Source of the DNA: a virus
Taxonomy: Duplodnaviria > Caudoviricetes
IMG/VR virus record: IMGVR_UViG_3300026302_000082
Coordinates: 1-31,887 of that record
Direction: 5' to 3' (one strand)
DNA length: 31,887 nt
Positions within the stretch are counted from its first letter, which is position 1. Every line of letters starts with the position of its first letter. The notes under the pieces were generated by a model that saw only the letters and a list, made by a program, of their open reading frames with translations, had not been told where the DNA came from and did not search any database. Positions 1-8,631 of the stretch are shown here, piece by piece. The position numbers were made by a program, and so were the translations under genes.

Positions 1-486
1 CGCATCCTGCGTGGCATAGCCGCGCCGCGATTGCAGGCGGATGTAGGATCGCGCGTTCGGATCCGACGAGGCGCCCTTGTAATAGGGCGCATTGGTCACC
101 GCGCCATCAGCATCGAGCAGGACCTGCTTGTCACCGATGTAGAATTCGTCGAAGCCGGCAATCGTGCCGGTGCCGGTCGCCACCACCATGTAGACATCCG
201 AGCCGATATTCTCGATGAAGGTAATGACCCCGCCCGTTTTCACCTTTCCGTAATGGCGCACGCGCGGCTGAACCGAGCCGCGAATCGTCTGCTGATATTC
301 GTTCTGCCCCTGCTGGCGACGCGCCGCTTTTTTCGCCGCACGCTGCTGCGCCGAGGAAAGCGCGGCATTGGCGGCATAGGCCGCGACGGCGAAGATGATA
401 TTCGCGGCGACGACATTCGCCGCCGTGCCGAAAATCAGCCCGGTCCCGGTGAGCGGGATGAGCAGCGGCGCAAGGAGCTGAGGCAT
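1..486 (-). CDS. Tail tip / central tail hub protein, N-terminal part (truncated by the window edge)
   Basis: Not in the ORF track. Manual translation from ATG 486 gives MPQLLAPLLIPLTGTGLIFG...QQTIRGSVQPRVRHYGKVKTGGVITF..., open to base 1. Hydrophobic N-terminus and a PR..YG.V..GG motif typical of tail-tip proteins; follows the NlpC-like gene. Confidence 0.75.
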   Translation of the reverse strand, partial: MPQLLAPLLIPLTGTGLIFGTAANVVAANIIFAVAAYAANAALSSAQQRAAKKAARRQQGQNEYQQTIRGSVQPRVRHYGKVKTGGVITFIENIGSDVYMVVATGTGTIAGFDEFYIGDKQVLLDADGAVTNAPYYKGASSDPNARSYIRLQSRRGYATQDA

Positions 487-867
487 TCACGCGGCCCTGA
501 AAATCGCATGGTGCGGCGCATCGATCAGCGCAATGCCGGCATCGGATCGGACCGCCCATTGCGCGCCGGCGCAGATCGCGAACATGATCCGCCCCCGATC
601 CGAAACGATCCCGATATCGCCCTCGCGCGGTGCATCGCCGGCTTCGACAAGCCCGGCTTCTCCGGCCCAGTCCCGCGCCCGATCGACCATCCCCCGCTGG
701 CGGCAGAGCGCCGCCCATTCGCGCGCCGAGGCAAGGCGCGGGAAAGGAATATCCGCCGCGCCAAGGCCCTGCACGGCCCAGCCCGCCGCGAAATTTGCGC
801 AATCGGATTTGCCCCAGATGAAGGGAATTCCGATAAAGCCGAGGCAATAATCCGCCGCGCCGGACAT
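487..867 (-). CDS. NlpC/P60-like tail assembly protein (lambda gpK-like, DUF6950-like)
   Basis: PFIWGKSDCANFA catalytic-Cys motif and REGDIG motif; position in tail-tip cluster; start at MSGAADY (ATG 867). Confidence 0.75.
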   Translation of the reverse strand: MSGAADYCLGFIGIPFIWGKSDCANFAAGWAVQGLGAADIPFPRLASAREWAALCRQRGMVDRARDWAGEAGLVEAGDAPREGDIGIVSDRGRIMFAICAGAQWAVRSDAGIALIDAPHHAIFRAA

Positions 868-869
868 GC

Positions 870-1406
870 TTACAGCACCGGAGATTTGACGTTGCGCGTC
901 GCCGAGATCGGGGCGAATTCGAGGCCCTTGTCGCCGGGGTAGCGGAGCTGCTGATCCTCGTCGGTATAAAACCCGTGGCGCGGCCGCGAGCGGGTGACGA
1001 AAGGCCCCTCGCATTGCAGCGTGATCCGGCGGGAACCCGCGTCCGCATCGAGGATCGGCACATCCATGAAGCCGGTCTGGCAGGCGATCGGCTCCTCGAT
1101 GACCTGCCAGGCTTCATCGAAAAAGCAGATAGAAACGGTGATCGCCCGGCCGCGATATTCGGAGGCATCCACCACCATCAGGCGCGCATAGGCATCGAAG
1201 TGCTCCGCTGGCAGGCCGGAGAGCGTAACAGTGAAGGGCGAGGCAAAGGCCCCCGCCGCTGCATCGATTTCCGAAACGCCGATGAAATCCGCCGAGCCTG
1301 TCCATGTATGACCGCCCGCGACGAGATCGCCGCGCCCGGTCCAGAACCTGACATCGCCGGATTTGAAAGCGGCATGGAAGAGATGCGCCGCACGGAGAAC
1401 CGCCAT
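870..1406 (-). CDS. Minor tail protein (gpL-like / hub component)
   Basis: VRFWTGRGDL...GHTWTG and YTDEDQQLRYPGDKGLEF motifs; ATG 1406 overlaps the upstream stop. Confidence 0.7.
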   Translation of the reverse strand: MAVLRAAHLFHAAFKSGDVRFWTGRGDLVAGGHTWTGSADFIGVSEIDAAAGAFASPFTVTLSGLPAEHFDAYARLMVVDASEYRGRAITVSICFFDEAWQVIEEPIACQTGFMDVPILDADAGSRRITLQCEGPFVTRSRPRHGFYTDEDQQLRYPGDKGLEFAPISATRNVKSPVL

Positions 1407-2083
1407 CAGACCGCCTCGACGAAATTGACGGTAAGATCCGCCGCCTGCAAGCGCGCCAGCGTGGCAATCCCGCCCTCGTCTTCGGCGAGGCGGAACGTGC
1501 CGCGCGCGCCGTCGAACCGGATCACGGATGCCGGCCCGGCCGGCGCGCGCAGCGGCGGTGAAAACGTGATCGCGCATTGCCCGCCCGAGACCGGCCCGGC
1601 GGTACGCACGATATGGAGACGATCCCCCACCGAGAAATACATGCCGGGCCAGGGCGCGGCGTGTGGCGTATCGTGCAGCACGAGCACGCCCGCCGTGGCG
1701 CGCGCCGGCAGCGCGGCAGCGAAAGAGACATTGTAGGCGCGGCCAAGATAGTGCGAGCCATCCGAGAAGGGCGCGCCATCGCTATGCGGAACGGAGAGAG
1801 CCGGCAGGCGAAAATCGGTCGCGCCCGGCGAGCGGGCGCAATCGAATGCCGGGACGATGATCCGCCCGGCGCGCCCGCCGAGCTGCGCCAGCACCGCGCG
1901 CCAGGTGAGGATATGCGCGCTCTTGCGGAGCTGGAACGTGAGCGACATGCGCCAGAACCCCGCGTCGGATTGCGTGAGGCGCTCGACGCCGGAGAGCGTG
2001 CGCCCGCCGGAAACCGCGCGCCCGGCCTCGCCGAGCGTGACGTCGAGCGGCTTGAGGTTCGCCGGCCAATAGATCACGCTCAT
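1406..2083 (-). CDS. Distal tail protein-like
   Basis: Directly after tape measure; IYWP...SGGRTLSG...DAGFWR N-terminus and ITFSPPLRA motif. Confidence 0.7.
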   Translation of the reverse strand: MSVIYWPANLKPLDVTLGEAGRAVSGGRTLSGVERLTQSDAGFWRMSLTFQLRKSAHILTWRAVLAQLGGRAGRIIVPAFDCARSPGATDFRLPALSVPHSDGAPFSDGSHYLGRAYNVSFAAALPARATAGVLVLHDTPHAAPWPGMYFSVGDRLHIVRTAGPVSGGQCAITFSPPLRAPAGPASVIRFDGARGTFRLAEDEGGIATLARLQAADLTVNFVEAV

Positions 2084-4164
2084 CGCGCGCGCTGCTCCTC
2101 AAGCATGCCGGGCAGAGCCCGGTTGTTCGCCGCGATGCCTTGCCGGGTGATCGAGACCGATTGCCCGCGCGCCTGCTCGAGGATCTGCGCAACGAGATCC
2201 GGCGAGAGCGCGACCTCGAGCCGGGATGCCCCGCCGGAGCCCAATCCCTCGCCCTGCCGGATGCGATCCGCCGCACCGCGCGGGATGATCATCTCGCCTT
2301 GATGAACCCTGGCGATCATGTCGTTCGGAACATTGCGCGAGCCAACATCGAAAACAGCGCCGGGCGCCGGCAGCAGGGAGGAAAACAACCCCCCGCCACC
2401 GCCGCCAAAGCCGCCGAACAACGCGCCGAAAAGCCCGCCGGGCGCGCCGTTCTGCCCCTGCATCCCGAAAAGCGAGGCAAGCGGGCCTTGCCCGAGCAAA
2501 GCGGCCTGAATCGCCGCATCGGCGAGGCGCTTGGTAAGGTTCATCAGCGCGTCGGAGGCGTTCTTGCCGCCCGAAATCACATCCGAGAAAAAGCCGGACA
2601 TGCTGGTGCCGAGGAAATTCACCAGTTCGCGCTGGCCCTGCATCGCCTCGCGCGAGCGTTCGAGACTGTCTTTCATGCGCGCCTGCGCCTCAATCATCTG
2701 CTCGAGCTTGGCGCGCTGCTCGTCCGAAAGTTCGATGTCCTTTGCCTTGAACTCGGCATCGGCCTTCGCGGTGAGAACAGCGCGTTCTCGCGCATAGACG
2801 GATTGCCCGAGCGTTTCCTGTTCCGCCTTGAGCGCCGCCGTCGCCTTCTCGATATTGGCGACGTATTTTTCATAGAACGCGAGATCGGTATCGGTCGGCG
2901 ATGCGCCGCCGCTGCGCGAAACCGGCAGAGGCTGATCCGTGATCGGCCGGCGCGGCGGCCGTGCTGAGGGCTGAGCAAGCGGATCGGAAGGGCCAAGCTG
3001 GACCGGGCCGCTGCCCATCGGGATAAAAGGCACCGCGTCGTCGGCGAGTTGCTGACGCCCGCGTGCCGCATTGGAAACCGCCCGCAACTCGTCGCGCTGG
3101 GCCTGCAGACCCTTGAGGCGAGGGTCAAAAACTCCGCCGCGCTCGATCGACTTGATTTGCGCATCAAGGCTGGCGAGCCGCGCCTCGGCCGTCGCGGTCA
3201 CTGCCCCAGCGATGTTCTCGGTTCCGCCGGGCAGAAGAGTCACAACCTGTTTGAGTGCGCTATAGAGCGCGCCGACCTTCGAAACAACGGCGGCAATCGC
3301 CTCTTCGGTATTGACCCAGCCGCGATAGAGCGCGACGCCAAGGCGCTCCAGATCCTCCAGGATTGGCCGCATACCCTCGGCCATGGTCTTGCGAGCCGCT
3401 TCGAGACGTTCCTCGAGCTGCCGCGCATTCTCGATCTGCTCGGGGGAGACAACTCTCTTGTCCGCCGTGGCGTTGACCATGGCGGAAAGGCTCATCCCGG
3501 CGCGATCAGCCCGCGCGATCAAGGCATCCGCCGCCGCCTGCCCGAACAGCTTTTCGGCAAGATCAAGCCCCTCCAGCGCGCGCCCGGCCTCCCGGAGACT
3601 GTCAATCGCGAGCAACGCGGCCTGTATTCGCGTCTCGGCATCTGCTGCGTTGCGATAAGCGGTTCGCGCCGCTTCGCCGGCCTCGGTAAAGCCGCCATTG
3701 CGCCAGAATTCATCGATCCGGTTTCCGACCGATGATCCCTCCAGCCCCTCGCGCGTGGCGCCCCGCGCGGTCTGGAGCGCGGCACCGAGAAGCTTTGCCT
3801 TCTCAACCGCTGCATCGGCACTCTGCACGAATTTCTGGTAGAAATCCGTAGAAACCCCGACCGCATTTGCTTCGGCCAGGATGCGGCGGTACTCGCCGAG
3901 ACGCTCGATCGCGATGGCGATCGAAGATGCCGCAACGGCGGCAAAACCGGCATAGGCAAGCTGCACGCCGGTGATACCGGCGGCGAGCTTCGCGAGCGTG
4001 CCAAGCATGCCGCCGTCGATCTTGCGGCCCGAGGCGGCAGCGGCGCCCGCGAGCAGCGCCATTTGCGATGCGCCGGTTTGCGCAAGCTCGGTGAAGGCCT
4101 TGCGGGCCGGCGCGGTATCCGCGTTGAAGCGCAGGACAAGCGCTTGCGAGGCTCCCGACATCAT
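2080..4164 (-). CDS. Tail tape measure protein (~694 aa)
   Basis: Long Ala/Leu-rich helical ORF after the chaperones, Gly-rich C-terminal segment, ARVHQGEMIIP motif; ATG 4164 overlaps the upstream TGA. Confidence 0.9.
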   Translation of the reverse strand: MMSGASQALVLRFNADTAPARKAFTELAQTGASQMALLAGAAAASGRKIDGGMLGTLAKLAAGITGVQLAYAGFAAVAASSIAIAIERLGEYRRILAEANAVGVSTDFYQKFVQSADAAVEKAKLLGAALQTARGATREGLEGSSVGNRIDEFWRNGGFTEAGEAARTAYRNAADAETRIQAALLAIDSLREAGRALEGLDLAEKLFGQAAADALIARADRAGMSLSAMVNATADKRVVSPEQIENARQLEERLEAARKTMAEGMRPILEDLERLGVALYRGWVNTEEAIAAVVSKVGALYSALKQVVTLLPGGTENIAGAVTATAEARLASLDAQIKSIERGGVFDPRLKGLQAQRDELRAVSNAARGRQQLADDAVPFIPMGSGPVQLGPSDPLAQPSARPPRRPITDQPLPVSRSGGASPTDTDLAFYEKYVANIEKATAALKAEQETLGQSVYARERAVLTAKADAEFKAKDIELSDEQRAKLEQMIEAQARMKDSLERSREAMQGQRELVNFLGTSMSGFFSDVISGGKNASDALMNLTKRLADAAIQAALLGQGPLASLFGMQGQNGAPGGLFGALFGGFGGGGGGLFSSLLPAPGAVFDVGSRNVPNDMIARVHQGEMIIPRGAADRIRQGEGLGSGGASRLEVALSPDLVAQILEQARGQSVSITRQGIAANNRALPGMLEEQRAR

Positions 4165-4397
4165 GCCCGCCCTTTCGTCCATTCATCCGCCAGAACGGCG
4201 GCGAAATCACTGAATTCACCGGCCTTGCGCAGGACCGGCAGGGGCTTTCCCTGTTCGGCGAGCACATCCCGGAAAAGCACGTTCAATTCGCCCAGCGTGA
4301 GCGCATCGACCTCGCGCGGGTTCAACCCGAGGCGGCGGCCGAGGCGATAGAAGGCTCCGGGGTCGCCGGGTCTTGGCCCGGAGCCACCGCTTCCCCC
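4161..4397 (-). CDS. Tail assembly chaperone, -1 frameshift extension (gpT-like part of gpGT)
   Basis: The -1 frame after GGGGGAA (4397-4391) reads GSGGSGPRPGDPGAFYRLGRRLGLNPREVDALTLGELNVLF...; no convincing start of its own. Confidence 0.75.
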   Translation of the reverse strand, partial: GGSGGSGPRPGDPGAFYRLGRRLGLNPREVDALTLGELNVLFRDVLAEQGKPLPVLRKAGEFSDFAAVLADEWTKGRA

Positions 4398-4762
4398 GGT
4401 TCGCCCCAGCCCTCGACCCCCGCCACCGAGGCGAGCAGGACCTGAAGCGCCAGCGCTACATGATCGAAAAGGCGCGGGCGAATAAAGACATCGACCACCG
4501 CCGAGGCGACGGCGGGCGTGCATTCCCCGCCGCCGATCAGGCCGAGGCGGATCGTCTCCGCGATCTCCGCCTCGCCGACCGATTGCAGCGCGAAGCGATT
4601 GTTGATTTCCTGCACGCCGCGCGCGGTGAGGCGCTCAAGCTCGATCCGATCGCCGATGCGCAGAAGGAGGCGGCAGCGCCGCCCGCCGATCTCGGCATGG
4701 ACAACGGGATGCGCGGGCGGTTCCGCCGGAAACCCCTCCGCCGCAAGATCGACACCGGCCAT
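4322..4762 (-). CDS. Tail assembly chaperone (gpG-like, GTA-gp10-like)
   Basis: Between tail tube and tape measure; LRIGDRIELE and ETIRLGLIGGG motifs; ATG 4762 overlaps the tube stop. Confidence 0.85.
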   Translation of the reverse strand: MAGVDLAAEGFPAEPPAHPVVHAEIGGRRCRLLLRIGDRIELERLTARGVQEINNRFALQSVGEAEIAETIRLGLIGGGECTPAVASAVVDVFIRPRLFDHVALALQVLLASVAGVEGWGEPGEAVAPGQDPATPEPSIASAAASG

Positions 4763-5211
4763 CACGCGACCGTTGCGTAGGTCAGCGTGCCCTCGCCGCG
4801 CAGGGAAAGAGCACATGTCGTGTTGCCGGCGCCGGCAGCGGCGCGCTGCATGCTCTCGACCCACACGAAACCGGTGTAGGAGGAGCCGCCAACCACATCT
4901 TCCACGACCTTGATCTCGACCGTGGTGCGCGCGCGATAGGCCGCCGCGACATAGCCAAAAACAGGCTGGTTGGGATCGAGAATGCCGTCGAGCTGAACGG
5001 ACCAGCTCGTCCCCGTGGGGCGCGAGGAACGCGCCGGGATCTGATCAGGGTCCAGACAATCCGAGAGATAGACCTCTTCGAAATTGGTTTGCTCCTGCAA
5101 GGTCTTGTTGGTCGAGGTGCAGAAAAACTTGAACCGCGCGTCGCCGGCCGTGACGCCATCGGAGATATAGACGCGGAATTTCGTGCCCTGAAGAATAACG
5201 GGAAGAGCCAT
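4762..5211 (-). CDS. Major tail (tube) protein
   Basis: 149 aa; DCLDPD, SWSVQLDG, YTG, LSLRGEG motifs of siphovirus tail tube proteins. Confidence 0.85.
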   Translation of the reverse strand: MALPVILQGTKFRVYISDGVTAGDARFKFFCTSTNKTLQEQTNFEEVYLSDCLDPDQIPARSSRPTGTSWSVQLDGILDPNQPVFGYVAAAYRARTTVEIKVVEDVVGGSSYTGFVWVESMQRAAAGAGNTTCALSLRGEGTLTYATVA

Positions 5212-5220
5212 GGTGCAGCC

Positions 5221-5634
5221 TCACAGGATGAAGGTGAAATCGGCATAGGCCGACCGGGGAGAAAGCGGGTCGATGACATCACCCGCCGCGACGCATTGCG
5301 GAGAAAAGCCAGCGAAGGGGGCGGCGCCGTAGCGCTCGTCGAGCGCGGCGACGGCAAGGTCAATCAGGTCATGGGCTTCGAGGCGATCCGCCGCGAAGCT
5401 CTCGGCATAGATGCGGAGCCGGCATTGCCAGTTCCCGCAATCGCCGAGCGGCGTTTTGAGGAGCGCGTCGAAGTAGAGATAGGCGCCGGAATTGGCGGGC
5501 CGATACACCGGCGAGCCCGGCGCGATTTCGCCGGGGTAATCGATGTGGATCTCGCCGCGCACCGCATCATCGAGCGCGGGAACGGATTTCAGCCGCTCGA
5601 CGATATCGCCGAGGGCATCACTGCTGCGCATCAT
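5221..5634 (-). CDS. Tail terminator / completion protein (DUF3168-like)
   Basis: Position before tail tube, ~137 aa, helix-strand pattern (IVERLKSVPAL...RLRIYAE). Confidence 0.6.
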   Translation of the reverse strand: MMRSSDALGDIVERLKSVPALDDAVRGEIHIDYPGEIAPGSPVYRPANSGAYLYFDALLKTPLGDCGNWQCRLRIYAESFAADRLEAHDLIDLAVAALDERYGAAPFAGFSPQCVAAGDVIDPLSPRSAYADFTFIL

Positions 5635-5818
5635 CCGCCTCCGCTGTTTTCAGGCGCTCGCCGCGCTGGATGAGACGACGCCCCTTGCCGGCGGCGACGA
5701 CACGATCCGCGATATGCTCGGTCACCGCGTGGTCACCGGGCAGAAGCTCGAAAACCACGCCTTTCACCGGGACATCGCAACGCTCGGTGACGCGCAGGTT
5801 TTTCCGGCGAGCGGACAT
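5618..5818 (-). CDS. Small hypothetical virion-morphogenesis protein
   Basis: 66 aa ORF overlapping both neighbours in the neck operon. Confidence 0.6.
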   Translation of the reverse strand: MSARRKNLRVTERCDVPVKGVVFELLPGDHAVTEHIADRVVAAGKGRRLIQRGERLKTAEADDAQQ

Positions 5819-6375
5819 CAGCCCTCCTGATCTTCGGCGACGGCGCGGGCCATGACTTCGGCCTGTTCAAGCCGGCGGCGGGACAGGATCTCCTCCGCCG
5901 ACGAGTAGAAAAACGGCGTAGCCTCGGTGCCGGGATGCGCATAACTCACCCTGCGACGGCCGCCGGATGCCTCATCGAAACGCGCGGCTGTCACAACGTT
6001 GCGCCGCCGCGATCCGGCACGGGTGCCGCGCTCGACAAAGGGCGCGTAATCAGCGCTGGACGCATCCCGCTGCGCCGTAGCCCGGAACACCATCTCCTCG
6101 CCCTCACGGGTGCCGGTGATGCCGGCGACGAGGCGCCCGGTGCGGCGGGATGCCCGGCTTTGCGCCAGCGCCACCATTTCCGCGAGCGCACGCTCATCCA
6201 CCCCGCGCGCGGCGCCATGCATCCGCGTGGCGGCGCGGGTGAGCCGGAACCCCCACTTGAGGATGGAGGTGTAATCCACCTCCAGGCCGACCATTTCGGC
6301 CGCAAAAACGGCTTGACCGGCTTTTGAGCTTAAGGCGAGCTGGCCGGCCTTGTACACAAGCGCGGGAAGCGACAT
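5818..6375 (-). CDS. HK97 gp10-like neck / tail-completion protein
   Basis: RTGRLVAGI, YAPFVERGT and HPGTEATPFFYSS motifs; ATG 6375 overlaps the upstream stop. Confidence 0.85.
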   Translation of the reverse strand: MSLPALVYKAGQLALSSKAGQAVFAAEMVGLEVDYTSILKWGFRLTRAATRMHGAARGVDERALAEMVALAQSRASRRTGRLVAGITGTREGEEMVFRATAQRDASSADYAPFVERGTRAGSRRRNVVTAARFDEASGGRRRVSYAHPGTEATPFFYSSAEEILSRRRLEQAEVMARAVAEDQEG

Positions 6376-6710
6376 CAGCCTTGATCCTTGCGAACCTGAA
6401 GCACGATATCGCCACGATCGGGCAGGCCGGCGGAAACAATCGCGAAGCCGACGCCTTCGATATCGACGCGATCCGCGTTGGTGATCGTGCGGGCCGCCCG
6501 GCAATCGCGCAGGATGATCTGCGCGTCGATCAGGCCCTGCGCGCCATTGCCGAGCGCCGCCTCTTTCAGGCCCGTCTCGCGATAGGCGCATGCGATGCGG
6601 GTGAGACCGGCAACGGGCAGGTATTCGCCGCGCGAGGAGCCGCGTGCGCCGTCAAGAACGGCGCGGCGGTGGACCGTGCAGCGGCGGTTGAACTGGCCAG
6701 CCGGACGCAT
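6375..6710 (-). CDS. Head closure / head-tail adaptor protein
   Basis: MRPAGQFNRRCTVHRR N-terminus and IT.ADRV.I.G..F.I motif of SPP1 gp16-like stoppers. Confidence 0.8.
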   Translation of the reverse strand: MRPAGQFNRRCTVHRRAVLDGARGSSRGEYLPVAGLTRIACAYRETGLKEAALGNGAQGLIDAQIILRDCRAARTITNADRVDIEGVGFAIVSAGLPDRGDIVLQVRKDQG

Positions 6711-6712
6711 GA

Positions 6713-7216
6713 TCAGGCCGTGCGACCGAATACCACGATGGAATAGGTGACGGCGGTTCCGCCGCCGGAATTGGCGATGTTGAGCTTGTCGCCCGTGCCA
6801 GCAGTGACAGACCACCCCGCATCTGGCGCCGTGATCAGGAACATCTGCCCCGGCGCGACGATGATTCGGTCTGTGATGTCGGCAAAGGGGCCGAGGAATC
6901 CATTCGACGCGGCGGGGCCGACGCGGACGTTGTTGGTATTTGCGGCATCCGCCTCGATGTAAATCGCGGCGATTTCAGCGAAATTGACCGTCGCGCCGAA
7001 CACGTTCGCCAGCGCGCCGATGAGATCGATATCCTCGTTGGCGGAGGCGGCAAGGGTGCGCGTATCGGCGAATTTCTCGTCGATCTGCCCGTTCGCGACG
7101 CCCGAAAGCCAGGAACGTCGCTTGGATCGGCGCAGGGTATCGACCGGCGCGGAAAGATCGCTGGCAGCGGTATGGACAGCCTCGATCGTGACCGCGATGT
7201 TTGCGGTAAGCGGCAT
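6713..7216 (-). CDS. Hypothetical beta-rich virion accessory protein
   Basis: 167 aa, Ala/Thr/Gly/Asn-rich, GAGG RBS upstream, inside the head-neck operon. Confidence 0.65.
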   Translation of the reverse strand: MPLTANIAVTIEAVHTAASDLSAPVDTLRRSKRRSWLSGVANGQIDEKFADTRTLAASANEDIDLIGALANVFGATVNFAEIAAIYIEADAANTNNVRVGPAASNGFLGPFADITDRIIVAPGQMFLITAPDAGWSVTAGTGDKLNIANSGGGTAVTYSIVVFGRTA

Positions 7217-7289
7217 GATAAACCTCGTTGATTGGCGGCAGTGCCGCTATGCCAGGATAATCGCCGCGCCGGTAGGGCGCAGCCCGGTA

Positions 7290-7742
7290 TCAGCCGACGA
7301 TTTCGTCAACGCTTGTCGCGTCGTAATCCGAAGCGGGCGAGGCCTTCGCGCCGAAGCCGAAGAGATAGCCGGCGGCATCGCAGGCCGCCGTCGCGATGGT
7401 CATGGACAGGCGAACCCAGCCGAAGCCGTTCGCCAGATCAAGATCAGACGGCTTGAAGTTGATCCACGCCTGCTTGTTGTCGTCATTGCCGACCTTGGTA
7501 AATTGCGTAATGGCTTTACCCGGAAGATCCTTGACGCCCGTGCCGGCACCATCGGTCGCCTGCTCAATTTTTGCATCAATCGTTGCGGATGTAGTCATGT
7601 CTCCGGGCGCGACCAAGGCGGCATAGGCGGAAAAGTCATCGGCTTGTATCCACGCCGTGGTCTGGACCGAGGCGTTATAGGCATCAGCATCGATCGCACC
7701 CAGCAGCGCAACGGATTCGGTCATTTTTCGATTGGCAGGCAT
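7290..7742 (-). CDS. Putative capsid decoration / cement-like protein
   Basis: 150 aa beta-rich ORF, AGGAG RBS, DLDLANGFGWVRLSMT motif resembling phage head accessory proteins; function inferred. Confidence 0.55.
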   Translation of the reverse strand: MPANRKMTESVALLGAIDADAYNASVQTTAWIQADDFSAYAALVAPGDMTTSATIDAKIEQATDGAGTGVKDLPGKAITQFTKVGNDDNKQAWINFKPSDLDLANGFGWVRLSMTIATAACDAAGYLFGFGAKASPASDYDATSVDEIVG

Positions 7743-7758
7743 TGGTAATCTCCTTTTG

Positions 7759-8343
7759 TCAGCCGGGTCCGAGCCCGGTGCGGCAGTAGGGCGAGATCAG
7801 GGTTTCGACGAGCCCGCCGGTTTTCGAGGAATCCTCGCGTTTGAGGTAGAGATCGCCCGCGCGGAGCATGATCGCGGTGCGGATCGACGCCGGTACATCG
7901 GGCGCTGCCGCGCCAAAACCCGCCGTAAAGGTCACGCGCACCGCATCGGGCCGCGCCGCCGTTTCCGGCCAGGTAGCGCCGGATTTGAGCGCGAGCACCG
8001 CGCCGCCGCGCAATTGCACGAGGCGATAGGCGGAGGCGGCAAGCGCTTGATCGACATCCACCGCATCGGAATAGGCGATTGCGGCAAGGCTGACATCGGG
8101 GAAGGGCAGTGCGAGCACCCCGCCACAGGGGAAGGCCGGAAAATCGATGCGCCATTGCTGATTGATCAGACACCGCCCGAGCACGCCGGACCAGCCATCG
8201 AAATGCGCGACGGCTGCAGCGAGGTAAACGGCAAGCGGGGCATCCTCGTCATCGAAATCGATGCGCAGATGCGCCTTGAGTTCCGCGAGCGTGACCGGCG
8301 CGATGGCCGGCCCCTCAACGCGCACGGGAAGCGGGCGCATCAC
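7759..8343 (-). CDS. Head-tail connector (gp6 / phiE125 gp8-like)
   Basis: PVTLAELKAHLRID, GRCLINQQW, VRVTFTAGFG and VPASIRTAI motifs. Confidence 0.92.
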   Translation of the reverse strand: MMRPLPVRVEGPAIAPVTLAELKAHLRIDFDDEDAPLAVYLAAAVAHFDGWSGVLGRCLINQQWRIDFPAFPCGGVLALPFPDVSLAAIAYSDAVDVDQALAASAYRLVQLRGGAVLALKSGATWPETAARPDAVRVTFTAGFGAAAPDVPASIRTAIMLRAGDLYLKREDSSKTGGLVETLISPYCRTGLGPG

Positions 8344-8561
8344 GCGCCCGCGTCTTGCGTTTCAGCGCCGGGCGCATCGGCCCCGGCGTCGCGCTTGGTC
8401 TTCTTGCCGGGCGCATCGGCCCCGGCGTCGCGCGGCGGCGCGGCATCCGGCGCGGAAACGCCTGAACCGAGCGCGACAAGGCGATCGTGCTCGGCGGCAC
8501 TGACGGCGATCACATCGCCGGGCACGGCATCGCCGTAAAAGCAGGTGAGGCGAACCTTCAT
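8340..8561 (-). CDS. Small hypothetical protein after the capsid gene
   Basis: 73 aa from MKVRLTCFYG, GGAGG RBS, low-complexity repeated C-terminus. Confidence 0.7.
   Translation of the reverse strand: MKVRLTCFYGDAVPGDVIAVSAAEHDRLVALGSGVSAPDAAPPRDAGADAPGKKTKRDAGADAPGAETQDAGA
8367..8433. repeat. 28-bp direct repeat (8367-8394 and 8406-8433) encoding RDAGADAPG twice
   Basis: gccgggcgcatcggccccggcgtcgcgc occurs twice, 11 bp apart. Confidence 0.9.
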
Positions 8562-8631
8562 CGGTTCCTCCGTCAAATGAGGGCTTGAAAAACAGGCACG
8601 CCGGGCGCGCGGCCCAGCGGAACGCGCCGCG

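Noticed and set aside
31..1168. 303-aa (+) and 345-aa (-) ORFs at the left end
   Set aside because: Shadow or off-frame ORFs; the real tail-tip genes are in other frames. I checked the T6 run at 328-333 and the tail-tip frame is intact, so no frameshift
8367..8433. Diversity-generating retroelement TR/VR pair
   Set aside because: A short exact tandem duplication in a low-complexity tail; no adenine-specific mismatches and no reverse transcriptase
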